A stretch of 64,000 nucleotides of DNA from the human T2T-CHM13v2.0 reference genome, Homo sapiens: the NCBI RefSeq assembly GCF_009914755.1, contig NC_060947.1; one strand, written 5' to 3'. Position numbers and translations under genes: made by a program. Below the pieces are notes generated by a model that was given only the letters and a program-made list of their open reading frames with translations, was not told the origin of the DNA and did no database searches. Below, piece after piece: positions 1-15,844 of the stretch (within the stretch, counting starts at the first letter, position 1; each line of letters starts with the position of its first letter).

Positions 1-562
1 TTCCCCAATGTTTTCCCATATTAGCTTCACAGTTTGAGGTCTTAGATTTAAGGATTTAATTCATTTTCATTTGATTTTTGTATATGGTGAGAGATATGAC
101 TTTAGTTTCATTCTTCTACATATGGGTATCCAGTGTCCTCAGCACCATTAATTGAAGAGATGGTCTTTTTCCCAGTGTTTATTCTTGGCCCCTTTGTCAA
201 AAATAAGTTCCCTGTAGGTATGTGAATTTGTTTCTGGGATCTTTATTCTGTTCAGTTTGTCTATGTGTCTGTTTTTATGCCAGTATCATGCTGTTTTGTT
301 TACCATAAATCTGTAGTATAATTTCAAGTCAGGTAATGTGATTCCTCCAGTTTTGCTCTTTTTTGCTGAGGATAGCTTTGGCTATTCTGGGTCTTTCATC
401 TTTCCACATAAATTTTAGGAAAGTTTTTTTTTCTATTTCTGTAAAGAATGTCATTGTTATTTTGAGAAAGATGCATGGAACGCATGGATTGCTTTGGGTA
501 GTATGGACATTTCAACAACTTTGTTTCTTCCAATCCATGGGCATGGAATATCTTATCATTAT
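1..562 (-). mobile_element. Old LINE-1 (L1MA/L1PB-like) ORF2 3' fragment, antisense, cut by the window edge
   Basis: Reverse complement matches L1 ORF2 motifs (e.g. gtaatgtgattcctccagttttgctctt, ctgtagtataatttcaagtcagg). Confidence 0.85.
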
Positions 563-1640
563 TTGGCAAATAATTTATGACTAAGTCCCAAAAAACAAAT
601 CCAAATAAAAAACCAAATACAAATAAATGAGCCCTAATTAAGCAAAAAAGCTTCTACACAGCAGAGGAAACAATCAATCCGAGTAAACAGACAGCTCACA
701 GAACGGGAGATAATATTTGCAAATTATGCACCTGACAAATATCTAATATCTGGAATCTATAAGAAACTGAAACAAATCAGCAAGAAAAAACATGTAATAC
801 CAGTAAAAAGTGAGTAAATGTCATGAATAGATATTTCTCATCTCAAAAGAAGACATACAAATAGCCTATAAATATATGAAAGCATTCTCAACATCACTAA
901 TCATCAAAGAAATGCAAATTTAAACAACAATGAGATACCCCCTTACCCAAGCCAGAATGGCCATTATTAAAAAGTTTTAAAAAATAAAACAACCCACCAC
1001 CACCAAACCAGACATTGGCACAGATGTGGTGAAAAAGGAATGCTTATACACTGCTGCTGAGCATGTAAATTAGTATAATATCTGTGGAAAACACCATGGC
1101 AATTTCTCAATGAAAAGTAGATCTACCATTCAACCTAGCAATTTCACTGTTGGGTATCTACCCAAAGCAAATAAGTCACTATATCAAAAGACATGTGCAC
1201 GTATATGTTTATTGCAGCACAACTGCAAAGATATGGAACCAACCTAAGTTCTCACCAATCAATGAATGGGTAAAGAAAATGTGGTATATACCTACCATGG
1301 AATATACTCAGTCATAAAAAAGAAAAAAATAATGTCTTTTGCAGCAACTTATAAGAAACTGGAGACTATTATCTGAATCCCAGAAAGTCAGTAACAGAAA
1401 AGCAAATATTGTGTGTTCTTGAAGCCATGGGCATGCAAACGCATACAGAGTGGTATAATGGACACTGGTGACTCATAAGGAGGGAGAGTGGGGTGGTGAG
1501 TGATGAAAAACTACCTATTGGGTACAACGTCCACATTTGGGTTATGGATACACTAAAATCCTGCACCTGACCATGACGAAAATTCATCCATGTAACCAAC
1601 ATCCACTTGTATCTCTATAGCTATTGAGATGAAAAGAAAA
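563..1640 (+). mobile_element. LINE-1 3' end (L1PB/L1MA-like), ORF2 C-terminus and 3'UTR
   Basis: Contains aaagcttctacacagcagaggaaacaatc, aaatgcaaatttaaacaacaatgagatacc and a 3'UTR ending catgtaaccaacatccacttgtatctc before an A-rich tail. Confidence 0.85.
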
Positions 1641-1644
1641 TTTT

Positions 1645-2270
1645 TAATGGTGTCTGATTTCTGGCTTAGTTGAATGAATGCTGATGCCACCAAACAAAAT
1701 ATGGAATCCGAGTGGAGATGTATAAAGAAAAAGGCTTATTATGATCATTTCTGTTTAACTGTATAGATCATGTGAGATATCTATGAGATATCTAGGACTT
1801 ATATTTAGGGTATGCAAGTGTAGGCATTCCAAGTAAGTGTAAACATATGAGTAATATCATGGCTAATAATTTTAACCATAGAATCATTGAAATCACTTCA
1901 AAATAGGATATCAAGCAAAAAGTATTGGACCAATGACATAAAGCTGAGAAGCACTAACCTTAAGAATTAGGCAGAGGAGATACCTTCAGAGGACCACAGG
2001 AAATGATGGTCAAAGAGATAGAAGGATTTCCACAAAAAGTTTGTTTTCATAGAAGGAACAAATAGGAGGCAATCAGTGGTATGAAAAAGGAGGCAATCAG
2101 TGGTATGAAATAAACAGAGGGTCCAAATAAGAACAATATAATATTTGTTAGTTAAATTAGGAATATCAAAGTGAAGATGAATACCAAGAAGTTTGAGGAA
2201 AGGACAGGCCAAAGATATAAACTTGAGATTCATGAGAGAAATGGGAGTTGAAGTTGTGAAAGTAAATGTG
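1645..2270. mobile_element. Highly diverged L2-like fragment
   Basis: Degenerate L2-type phrases (tttctggcttagttgaatgaatgctgatgcca; gagagaaatgggagttgaag). Weak similarity, judged by eye. Confidence 0.45.
2064..2110 (+). repeat. Tandem duplication with 24-bp period
   Basis: aggaggcaatcagtggtatgaaa occurs at 2064-2086 and 2088-2110. Confidence 0.9.
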
Positions 2271-3295
2271 GGGGGTACCAAGATGGCTGAATAGGAACAG
2301 CTCCAGTCTATAGCACCCAGAATGAGTGACGCAGAAGACAGGTGATTTCTGCATTTCCAACTGAGGTACCAGGTTCATCTCACTGGGGCTTGTCAGACAG
2401 TGGGGACAGGACAGTGGGTGCAGACCACCAAGCATGAGCTGAAGCAAGGCAAGGCATCACATCAGCCGGGAAGTGCAAGGACTCAGGGAATTCCCTTTCC
2501 TAGCCAAGGGAAGCAGTGTTGGATGGCACCTGGAAAATCAGGTCACTCCCACCCAAATACTGTGCTTTTCCAACCATCTTAGCAAACAGCACACCAGGAG
2601 ATTATATCCCGTGCCTGGCTCAGAGGGTCCCACACCCACGGAGCCCCACTCATTGCTAGCACAGCAGTCTGAGATCAAACTGAAAGGTGGCAGCGAGGCT
2701 GGGGGAGGGGTGCCCGCCATTGCTGAGGCTTGAGTAGGTAAACAAAGCAGCCAGGAAGCTAGAACTTGGTGGAGCCCACCGCAGCTCAAGGAGGCCTGCC
2801 TACCTCTGTAGACTCCACCTCTGGGGGCAGGGCATAGCTGAACAAAAGGCAGCACAAACCTCTGCAGACTTAAATGTCCCTGTCTGACAGCTTTGAAGTG
2901 AGTAGTGGTTTTCCCAGGATGGAGCCTGAGATCTGAGAACAGACAAATGGCCCCCTCAAGTGGGTCCCTGATCCCTGAGTAACCTAACTGGGAGCCACCC
3001 TCCAGTATGGGCAGACTGACACCTCACATGGCCAGGTACCCCTCTGAGATGAAGCTTCCAGAGGAATGATCAGGCAGCAACATTTGCTGTTCAGCAATAT
3101 CCGCTGTTCTGCAGCCTCCACAGCTGATACCCAGGCAAACAGGGTCTGGAGTGGACCTCCAGCAAACTCCAACAGAACTGCAGCTGAGGGTCCTGACTGC
3201 TAGAAGGAAAACAAACAAACAGAAAGGACATCCACACCAAAACCCCATCTGTATGTCACCATCATCAAAGACCAACGGTAGATAAAACCACAAAG
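2271..3295 (+). promoter_or_regulatory. L1 5'UTR internal sense/antisense promoter with YY1 motif
   Basis: YY1 core CAAGATGGC at 2279-2287; many CpGs decayed to TG/CA; retains the 129-bp segment at ~3040-3168. Confidence 0.8.
2538..2720 (-). pseudogene. L1 ORF0 (antisense), 60 codons then a premature stop
   Basis: MAGTPPPASLPPFSLISDCCASNEWGSVGVGPSEPGTGYNLLVCCLLRWLEKHSIWVGVT* aligns by eye with the 71-aa primate ORF0. Confidence 0.85.
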
Positions 3296-4312
3296 ATGGT
3301 GAAAAAACAGAGCAGAAAAGTGGAAAATTGTAAAAATCAGAGTGCCTCTCCCCCTCCAAAGGAACGCAGATCCTCACCAGCAATGGAACAAAGCTGGATG
3401 GAGAATGACTTTGACGAGTTGAGAGAAAAAGGCTTCAGATGATCAAACTTCTCAGAGCTAAAGGAGGAAGTTCAAACCCATCGCAAAGAAGCTAAAAGTG
3501 TTGAAAAAAGATTAGACGAATGACTAACTAGAATAACCAATATAGAGAAGTCCTTAAAGGACCTGATGGAGCTGAAAACCATGGCATGAGAACTACATGA
3601 CGAATGCACAAGCTTCAGTAGCTGATTCGATCAACTGGAAGAAAGTGTATCAGTGATGGAAGATCAAATGAATGAAATGAAGCGAGAAGAGAAGTTTAGA
3701 GAAAAAAGAGTAAAAAGAAATGAACAAAGCCTCCAAGAAATATGGCACTATGGGAAAAGACCAAATCTACGTCTGACTGGTGTACCTGAAAGTGACCGGG
3801 AGAATGGAACCAAATTGGAAAACACTCTGCAAGATATTATCCAAGAGAACTTCTCCAATCTAGCAAGGCAGGCCAACATTCAAATTCAGGAAATACAGAG
3901 AACACCACAAAGATACTCCTCGAGAAGAGCAACTCCAAGACACATAATTGTCAGATTCACCAAAGTTGAAATGAAGGAAAAAATGTTAAGGGGAGACAGA
4001 GAGAAAGGTCAGGTTACCCACAAAGGGAAGCCCACCAGACTAACAGGCGATCTCTCGGCAGAAACGCTGCAAGCTGGATAAGGGTGGGGGCCAATATTCA
4101 ACATTCTTAAAGAAGAGAATTTTCAACCCAGAATTTCATACCCAACCAAACTAAGCTTCATAAGTGAAGGAGAAATAAAATCCTTTACAGACAAGCAAAG
4201 GCTGAGAGATTTTATCACCATTACTCCTGCCCTAAAAGAGCTCCTGAAGGAAGCAGTAAACATGGAAAAGAACAACCGGTACCAGCCACTGCAAAAACAT
4301 GCCAAATTGTAA
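3296..4312 (+). pseudogene. L1 ORF1p pseudogene
   Basis: ATG at 3296 to TAA at 4312 is 1017 bp, the canonical length, with internal stops; fragment 3653-4081 has RPNLRL and RHIIVRF motifs. Confidence 0.95.
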
Positions 4313-4375
4313 AGACCATCAAGGCTAGGAAGAAACTGCATCAACTAACGAGCAAAATAATCAGCTAAGATCATA

Positions 4376-8203
<3,828 letters not shown>

Positions 8204-9394
8204 ACAGTGAGAACACATGGACACAGGAAGGGGAACATCACACACTGGGACCTGTTTTGGGGTTGGGGAAGGGGGGAGGGATAGCATTAGGAGATATACC
8301 TAATGTTAAATGAAGAGTTAATGGGTGCAGCACACCAACATGGCACATGTATACATATGTAACAAACCAGCACGTTGTGCACATGTACCCTAAAACTTCT
8401 AGTAACGAAAAAAAAATAAAAAAAAGACTACTGTATGGGGGGAAAAAAAGAATGGCATCAAGTTCTTAGTTTGTTTGCAAATGTATTTGACGTTCACTAA
8501 GACTAGTGAATGTTCAGTCCCTTTCAGTGTCCAGGTGGGTGAGGTTGGTGGTGAGGAGAAGAAATAGAAAGGAGAAAAGAAAGAGAAAGAGAAAGAGAAA
8601 ATTGAAATGTGTGTTTGTGTAGGGAGGAGAGGGGTTGAATCTAGCAGGATAGTATTTAGCTCTCCTTATGATATCTTCAAAATTATTTTCAGGAAAGTCT
8701 GAAAAAAATCACACAATATTTGGAGTGTATTTCTTTTGGAGTGAAAACAGGTGAAGTGGCTGAATTCTACATTGGGGTGCTGGGGGGGGGGTGCAAAACA
8801 GAGAAAATACAGAAGTACATATAAACCCTAATAAGAGACAGGCAAGAGAAAGTTAACTGCAGAACCAGCAGGAATTACATGGAAGGGTGCAGTTGGTATG
8901 CAGGCCAACTCTAAACAGCTCTTTCTACTTCTATATTCTAATATTCTCCCTCTGGAAGTATTCTCTTGCCCCAACTGGAGCTCTGGAGTCAGTCCCGTCA
9001 TCATTCTTATAGCCTTCACTATTTTAGTGCTGGTTTGAAGCTTTAAGTGTAAACCAGTCCCTGTATTCTGTCTCAAACTTCACCCTCCTGTTTCGTCTAA
9101 ATCACTGGTTCCTTCATTACTGGTTTCCACGTTTCCAGTTGCTTCACATCCAGTATGTTTCCTTAAATATTGACTATTGAAGTGGTTAAGTAATAAAGTC
9201 CACATGCAAAATGAAAAAGCATATAAGTTGCAATTACCTTTGGAACTACCATAACTCAACCATAATGCACAATATATATGGTTTCATAAATATAGCCCTG
9301 TTCAATAATACACATGCAACAGAAGGTTTGAGAAATACTCATCAAGACTAAAGAAATGGCTATGTGCAGATGTCTAGCCATTCAAAACATATGC

Positions 9395-10104
9395 TTATAC
9401 CAGTTAGAATGGCAAGCATTAAAAAGTCAGGAAACAACAGGTGCTGGAGAGGATGTGGAGAAATAGGAACACTTTTACACTGTTGGTGGGACTGGAAACT
9501 AGTTCAGCCATTGTGGAAGTCAGTGTGGCGATTACTCAGGGATCTAGAACTAGAAATACCATCTGGCCCAGTCATCCCGTTACTGGGTATATACCCAAAG
9601 GACTATAAATTATGCTGCCATAAAGACACATGCGCACGTATGTTGATTGTGGCACTATTCACAATAGCAAAGACTTGGAACCAACCCAAATGTCCAACAA
9701 TGATATACTGGATTAAGAAAATGTGGCACATATACACCATGGAATACTATGCAGCTATAAAAATGATGAGTTCATGTCCTTTGTAGGGACATGGATGATA
9801 TTGGAAATCATCATTTTCAGTAAACTACCGCAAGAACAAAAAACCAAACACTGCATATTCTCACTCATAGGTGGGAATTGAACAATGAGAACACATGGAC
9901 ACAGGAAGGGGAACATCACACTCTGGGGACTGTTGTGGGGTGGGAGGAGGGGGGAGGGATAGCTTTAGGAGATATACCTAATGCTAAATGACGAGTTAAT
10001 GGGTGCAGCACACCAGCATGGCACATGTATACACATGTAACTAACCTGCACGTTGTGCACATGTACCCTAAAACTTACAGTGTAATAATAATAAAAGAAA
10101 AAAA
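9395..10104 (+). mobile_element. 5'-truncated L1PA3-like 3' end
   Basis: Runs from ccagttagaatggc to taatgctaaatgacgagttaatgggtgcagcacaccagcatgg, then an A tail. Confidence 0.93.
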
Positions 10105-10267
10105 GATGACCATCAAATTCCTAATGTTGAAGTAAGATATCTGTAAAAAATTCAAAAGTGTGCCTCCACGTGTGTTCAGAATTGTTTGCTGTCATAAGGA
10201 TTAAATGAAATAATAAAGTCATGTTTCATGTGGTAGAAGTTGGTGGGTGATTAGATTTACAAAAAAT

Positions 10268-13200
10268 TTTTTTAACTTTCATTTTAGCTTCAGGGTACAT
10301 GTGCAGGTTTGTTAATACAGGCAAACTCGTGTCATGGGGGTTTGGTGCATAGGCCATTTTTATACCCAGATAATAAGCATTAGTACCCGATTGAAGGGGA
10401 CGAGCCCCTCCACACCTGTGGGTATTTCTCATCAGGTGGGATGAGAGACTGAGAAAAGAAATAAGACACAGAGACAAAGTATAGAGAAAGAACAGTGGGC
10501 CCAGGGGACCAGCGTTCAGCGTACGGAGGACCCGTACCGGCACCGGTCTCTGAGTTTCCTCAGTATTTATTGATTACCATTTTCACTATCTCAGCAAGGG
10601 GAATGTGGCAGGAGAACAGGGTGATAGTAGGGAGAAGGTCAGCCAAAAAACATGTGAGCAAAGGAATCTGTGTCACAAATAAGTTCAAGGGAAGGTACTA
10701 TGCCTGGATATGCATGTAGGCCAGATTTATGCTTCTCTCCACCCAAACATCTCAGTGTAGTAAAGAATAACAGAGCAGCATTGCCACCAGCATATCTCAC
10801 CTCCAGCCACACCCGGTTTTCTCCTATCTCAGAATAGAACGAATGTACAATAGGGTTTTATACCGAGACATTCAGTTCCCAGGGGCAGGCAGGAGACACA
10901 GGCCTTCCTCTTATCTCAACTGCAAGAGGCCTTCTTCTTTTACTAATCCTCCTCAGCACAGACCCTTCACTGGTGTCGGGCTGGGAGACAGTCAGATCTT
11001 TCCTGTCCCATGAGGCCATATCTCAGGCTATCTCAGTGGGGAGAAATCTTGGACAATACCCAGCTTTCCTGGACAGAGGTCCCTGTGTCTTTCCACAGTG
11101 CATTGTGCCCCTGGTTTGCCGAGAATGGAGAATGGCGATGACTTTTACCAAGCACACTGCCTGTAAACATATTGTTAACAAGGCACATCCTGCACAGCCC
11201 TAGATCCCTTAAACCTTGATTCCATACAACACATGTTTCTGTGAGCTCAAGGTTGGGGCAAAGTTACAGATTAACAGCATCAAAGGGCAAAACAATTATT
11301 CAGGGTACAGATCAAAATGGAGTTTCTTAGGTCTTTCTTTTCTACATATACACAGTAACAGTCAGATCTCTCTTTCTTTTCCCTACATCGATAGTTATTT
11401 TTCCTGATCCTGTCCCTCCTTCCAACCTCCTCCCTCATGTAGGCCCCAGTGTGTGTTGTTCCCCTTTTGTGACCGTTTGTTCTCATTTAGCTCCAACTTA
11501 TTAGTGAGAACATGTTGGAGTTAGTTTAGCAAACTTCCTCCATTAGTTTGCTCAAGATAATGGCCTCCAGCTCCACCCATATTCCTGCAAAGGACATGAT
11601 CTCATTCATTTTTATGGTTGCATAGTATTCCATGGTGTATATGTACCACATTTTCATTACCCAGTCTATTGTTCATGGGGATTTAGGTTGATTCCCTGTC
11701 TTTGCTATTGTGAATAGTGCTGCAATAAACATACATGCCCATGTGTCTTTATGGTAGAATAATTTATATCTCTTTGGGTATATAGCCAATAACGGGATTG
11801 CTGGGTCAAATGATAGTTCTGTTCTTAGGTCTTTGAGGAATCGCCACAATGTCTACTACAATGGTTGAACTAATGTACCTTCCCACAAACGGTGTATAGG
11901 CATTCCTTTTTCTCCACAATCTTGCCAGCATCTGTTATTTTTTTGACTTTTTAGTAATAGCCATTCTGACTGGTATGAGATGATAGCCAATTGTGGTTTT
12001 AATTTGAATTTCTCTAATGATCAGTAATATGAGCATTTTTTTTTTCAAATTTTGGCCACATCTATGTCTGCTTTTGAAAAGTATCTCTACATGTTCTTTG
12101 CCCACTTTTTAATGGGATTGTTTGTTTTTTGCTTGTAAAACTAAGTTCTTTATAGATTCTGGAAATTAGACTTTTGTCAGATATATAGTTTGCAAATATT
12201 TTCTCCCATTCTGTAGGTTGTCTGTTCACTCTGTTGATAGCACCTTTTGTGATGCAAAAGCTCTTTAGTTAGGTCTCATTTGTCAATTTTTGTTTTTGTT
12301 GCAATTGCCTTTGGCATCTTCATCATGAAATCTTTGCCAGGTCTTATGTCCAGAATGGTATTTCCTAGGTTACCTTCCAGGGTTTTTATAGTTTTAGGTT
12401 CTACATTTAAGTCTTTAATTTATCTTGAGTTGATTTTCTATATAGTGTAAAGAAGGGGTCCAGTTTCACTCTTCTGCAGATGGCTAGCCAGTTATCCTGG
12501 CACCATTTATTGAATAGGGAGTCCTTTCCCCATTGCTTGTTTTTGTCAACTTTGTCAAAGATCAGATGGTTGTAGGTGCATAGCATTATTTCAGGACTCT
12601 ATTCTGCTCCATTGGTCTATGTGTCTTTTTTTGTATCAGTAGCATGCAGCCTTATAATATAGTTTGAAATTGGGTGATGTGATGCCTCCAGCTTTGTTCT
12701 TTTTGCTTAGGATTCCCTTGGCTGTTTGGGCTCTTTTTTGGTTCCATATGAATTTTAAAATAGTTTTTTCTAGTTATGTGAAAACTGTCATTGGTAATTT
12801 GATATAAATAAATAGGGTTTAATCTATGAATTGCTTTGGGCATTATGGACAATTTAACAATATTTATTCTTCCTATTCATGAGCATGTAATATTTTTCCA
12901 TTTTTTGGTGTCATCTCTAATTTCTTTGAGCAGTGTTTTGTTAATTTTCATTGTAGAGATATCTCAACTCCATGATTAGCTGTATTCCTAGGTATTTTAT
13001 TCTTTTTGTGGCAAATGTAAATGGGATTGCATTCCTGTTTTCGCTCTGAACTTAGATGTTGTTGGTGTATGCTACTGATTTTTGTACACTGATTTTCTAT
13101 CCTAAAACATTGCTGAAGTTATTTATGAATTCACAGGGTTTTGGGGCAGACTATGGTGTTGTCTAGACATAGAATCATGTTGTCTATCAATAGGGGTAGT

Positions 13201-13965
13201 TTGACTTCCTCTCTTCCTATTTGAGTACCTTTTATTTCTTTCTCTTGCCTGATTGATCTGATTAGGACTTCTAATACTACGTTGAATGAGACAGTTCATA
13301 TTCGTCTTGTTCCTGTTTTCAAGGGGAATGTTTCCATCTTTGGCCCATGCAATACGATGTTGGCTGTTGGTTTGTCATAGATAGCTATTATTATTTTGAA
13401 GTATGTTCCTTCAGTGCCTAGTTTATTTAGGGTTTTTAACATGAAGAAATGTTGTATTTTATTGAAAACCTTTTCTGCATCTATGAAGATAATCATGTGG
13501 CTTTTGTCTTTATTTTTGTTTATGTGATGAATCATATTAATTCATTTGCATATGTTGAACAAACTTTACATCCCAGGTATAAAGCCTACTTGGTTATGGT
13601 GAATTAGCTTTTGATGTGCTATTGGATACAGTTTGCTAGTATTTTGTTGAGGATTTCTGCATCTATGTCCATAAGGAATACTGGCCTGAAGATTTTTTGT
13701 TTGTTTGTTTGTGTGTATCTGCCAGGTTTTGATGTCAGGATGATGCTGGCCTAACGTAGTGAGTTGGGAAGAAGTCCTCCCTCCTCAGTTTTCTGGAATA
13801 GTGTCAGTTGGAATGGTAGCAGCTTTTCTTTGTACATCTGGTAGAATTTGGCTGTAAATCCGTCTTGTCCTGGCCTTTTGTTGTTGTTGTTAGTAGGCTA
13901 TTTATTACTGATTTAGTTGTGGAGCTTGTTACTGATCTGTTAAGAGATTAAATTTCTTCGGGGTT
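10268..13965 (-). mobile_element. Older L1 (L1PA13-16-like) 3' half, interrupted by LTR5
   Basis: T-rich tail at ~10268, 3'UTR cagggtacatgtgcaggtttg; antisense ORF2 remnants (13296-13535 [11 protein letters not shown]). Confidence 0.9.
10392..11387 (-). mobile_element. HERV-K (HML-2) solo LTR, LTR5B/LTR5A-like
   Basis: 996 bp; reverse complement begins TGTAGGGAAAAGAAAGAGAGATCTGACTG and ends CCCCTTCA; flanked by ccgat/tcgat; host L1 resumes seamlessly. Confidence 0.93.
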
Positions 13966-15832
13966 CTTGGAGGCTTTGTTGATTTTTTAAAAATTCTTTT
14001 TTCTTTGTCTTTGTTGGGCTGGGTTCATTTAAAAACCCTGTCTTCAAGCTCCAACGTTCTTTCTTCTCCTTGTTCGATTCTATTGCTGAGATTTTCCAGT
14101 ACATTTTGCATTTCTCTAAGTGTGTCCTTTATTTCCTGAAGTTGTAATTGTTTTTTTATTTATGCTGTGTATTTCACTGAAATTTCTCCCCTCATATCTT
14201 GTATCATTTTTAAAAAATTTTTATTGAATTGGACTTCACCTTTCTCCAGTGCCTCCTTGATTAGCTTAATAATCAACCATCTGAATTCTTTTTCAGGCAA
14301 ATCGGGAATGCCTTTTTGGTTTGGATCCACTGCTGGTGACCTAGTGTAATTTTTGGGGGTTGTTAAAGAACCTTCTTTTGTCATATTACCAGAATTGTTT
14401 TTCTAGTTCCTTCTCATATGGAGGCTATGTCAGAGGAAAGATCTGGGGTTGAAGGCTGCTGTTCAGATTCTTTTGTCCTACAAGGTGCTCCCTTGATTTA
14501 GTATTCTCCCCCTTCTCCTAGGGATGTGGCTTCCTGAGAGCCAAACTATAGTAATTGTCATTTCTCTTCTGGATCTAGCCACTCAGTAGGGCTACCAGTC
14601 TCCTGGCTGGTACTGGGGGTTGTCTGCACAGAATCCTGTGATGTGAACCATCTTCAGGTCTCTCAGTTGTGGATACCAGCACCTGCTGTGGTGGAGGCAG
14701 CACAGGAGTGAAATGGACTCTGTGAGGGTCCTTAGTTGTGATTGTTTAATGCACTAGTTTTTGCTGGTTGTCCTGCCAGGAGGTGGCGCTTTCAAGAGAG
14801 CATCAGCTGTGGTAGTGTAGGGAGGATTAGGTGGTGGGCAGGGCCCTGGAACTCCCAAGAGACTATGCCCTTTGTCCTCAACTATCAGGATTAGTTGATA
14901 GGGAGGGACCATCAGGTGGGGGCAGGGTTAGGCATGTCTGAGCTCAGACTCTCCTTGGGCAGGGCTTGCTGTGGCTGCTGTGGGGGAGGGGCTTTGGTTC
15001 TCAGTCCAATGGAGTTATGTTCCCAGGTGGACTATGGCTGCCTCTGCGGTGTCATGCAGGTTGTCATGGAAGTGAGGAAAAGCTGGCAGTTACAGGCCTC
15101 ACCCAGCTCCCATTCAACCCAGAAAGCTGGTCTCACTCCCATTGTGAAAATCCTGCCACCACAGCACCAAGTTGGTTTCCAGGCATCGGGAAGCAGGGCT
15201 GAGAAATTGCTCCAAGCTACCAGCCTCCAGCTAAGAAAGCAAGCAGGGCTTTTGTGCCTCCCTACCTGTTGAGTCTGCACACCGGATTCACACCCCGTGA
15301 GTTCTGGCCAGGAGACTTTGAGTATGGTTGGAACTGTTACAAAGTTCAGCTTGAAGTTTGCTTCTCCCTGTGGTCTTTTCCCAGTTCATCTGGCAGTCCT
15401 CCCCAAGGACCCCTGTGTGACAAATCAGAAATGGCTTCCCTGGGGACCCAGAAAACCCACAGGGCTTCTCTCGCTGCTTCCTCTACTCCTGTATTTTGCT
15501 CAGCTCTCTAAACTGACTCAGCTCCAGGTAAGGTCAAATCCTTTTCCCATGATCTAGACCTTCAGGTTCCCCAGTGAGAATGTGTGTTCGAGTGCAGATG
15601 ATCCCCTTTTCCCACTTTCACAGTTTGGGCACTCACAGTATTTGGGCTGTCTCCCATGTTCTGAAGAAGCAATCTGCTTCCTTCAGAGGGTCTGTAGATT
15701 CTCTAGGATTTCCTGGTACATTCCTGCAGTAGTTCTGGAGCACAAGTTCATGATGTGAGTCTGCACACGCTGCTCTGTCCATCTGAGGGGGAGTTGCAAT
15801 TTAGTCTTGCCTCCTATCTGCCATTTTCCCTC
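13966..15832 (-). mobile_element. L1PB-type (L1PBa-like) 5'UTR and ORF1 N-terminus
   Basis: ORF 14160-14384 (SPAVDPNQKGIPDLPEKEFR) is L1PB-type ORF1; reverse-strand 5' end gggaaaatggcagataggaggc. Confidence 0.75.
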
Positions 15833-15844
15833 TCTGGTCTACAC

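Noticed and set aside
8774-8792. G-run as a functional G-quadruplex
   Set aside because: A single G4 plus G10 run with no supporting context; indistinguishable from a homopolymer expansion.
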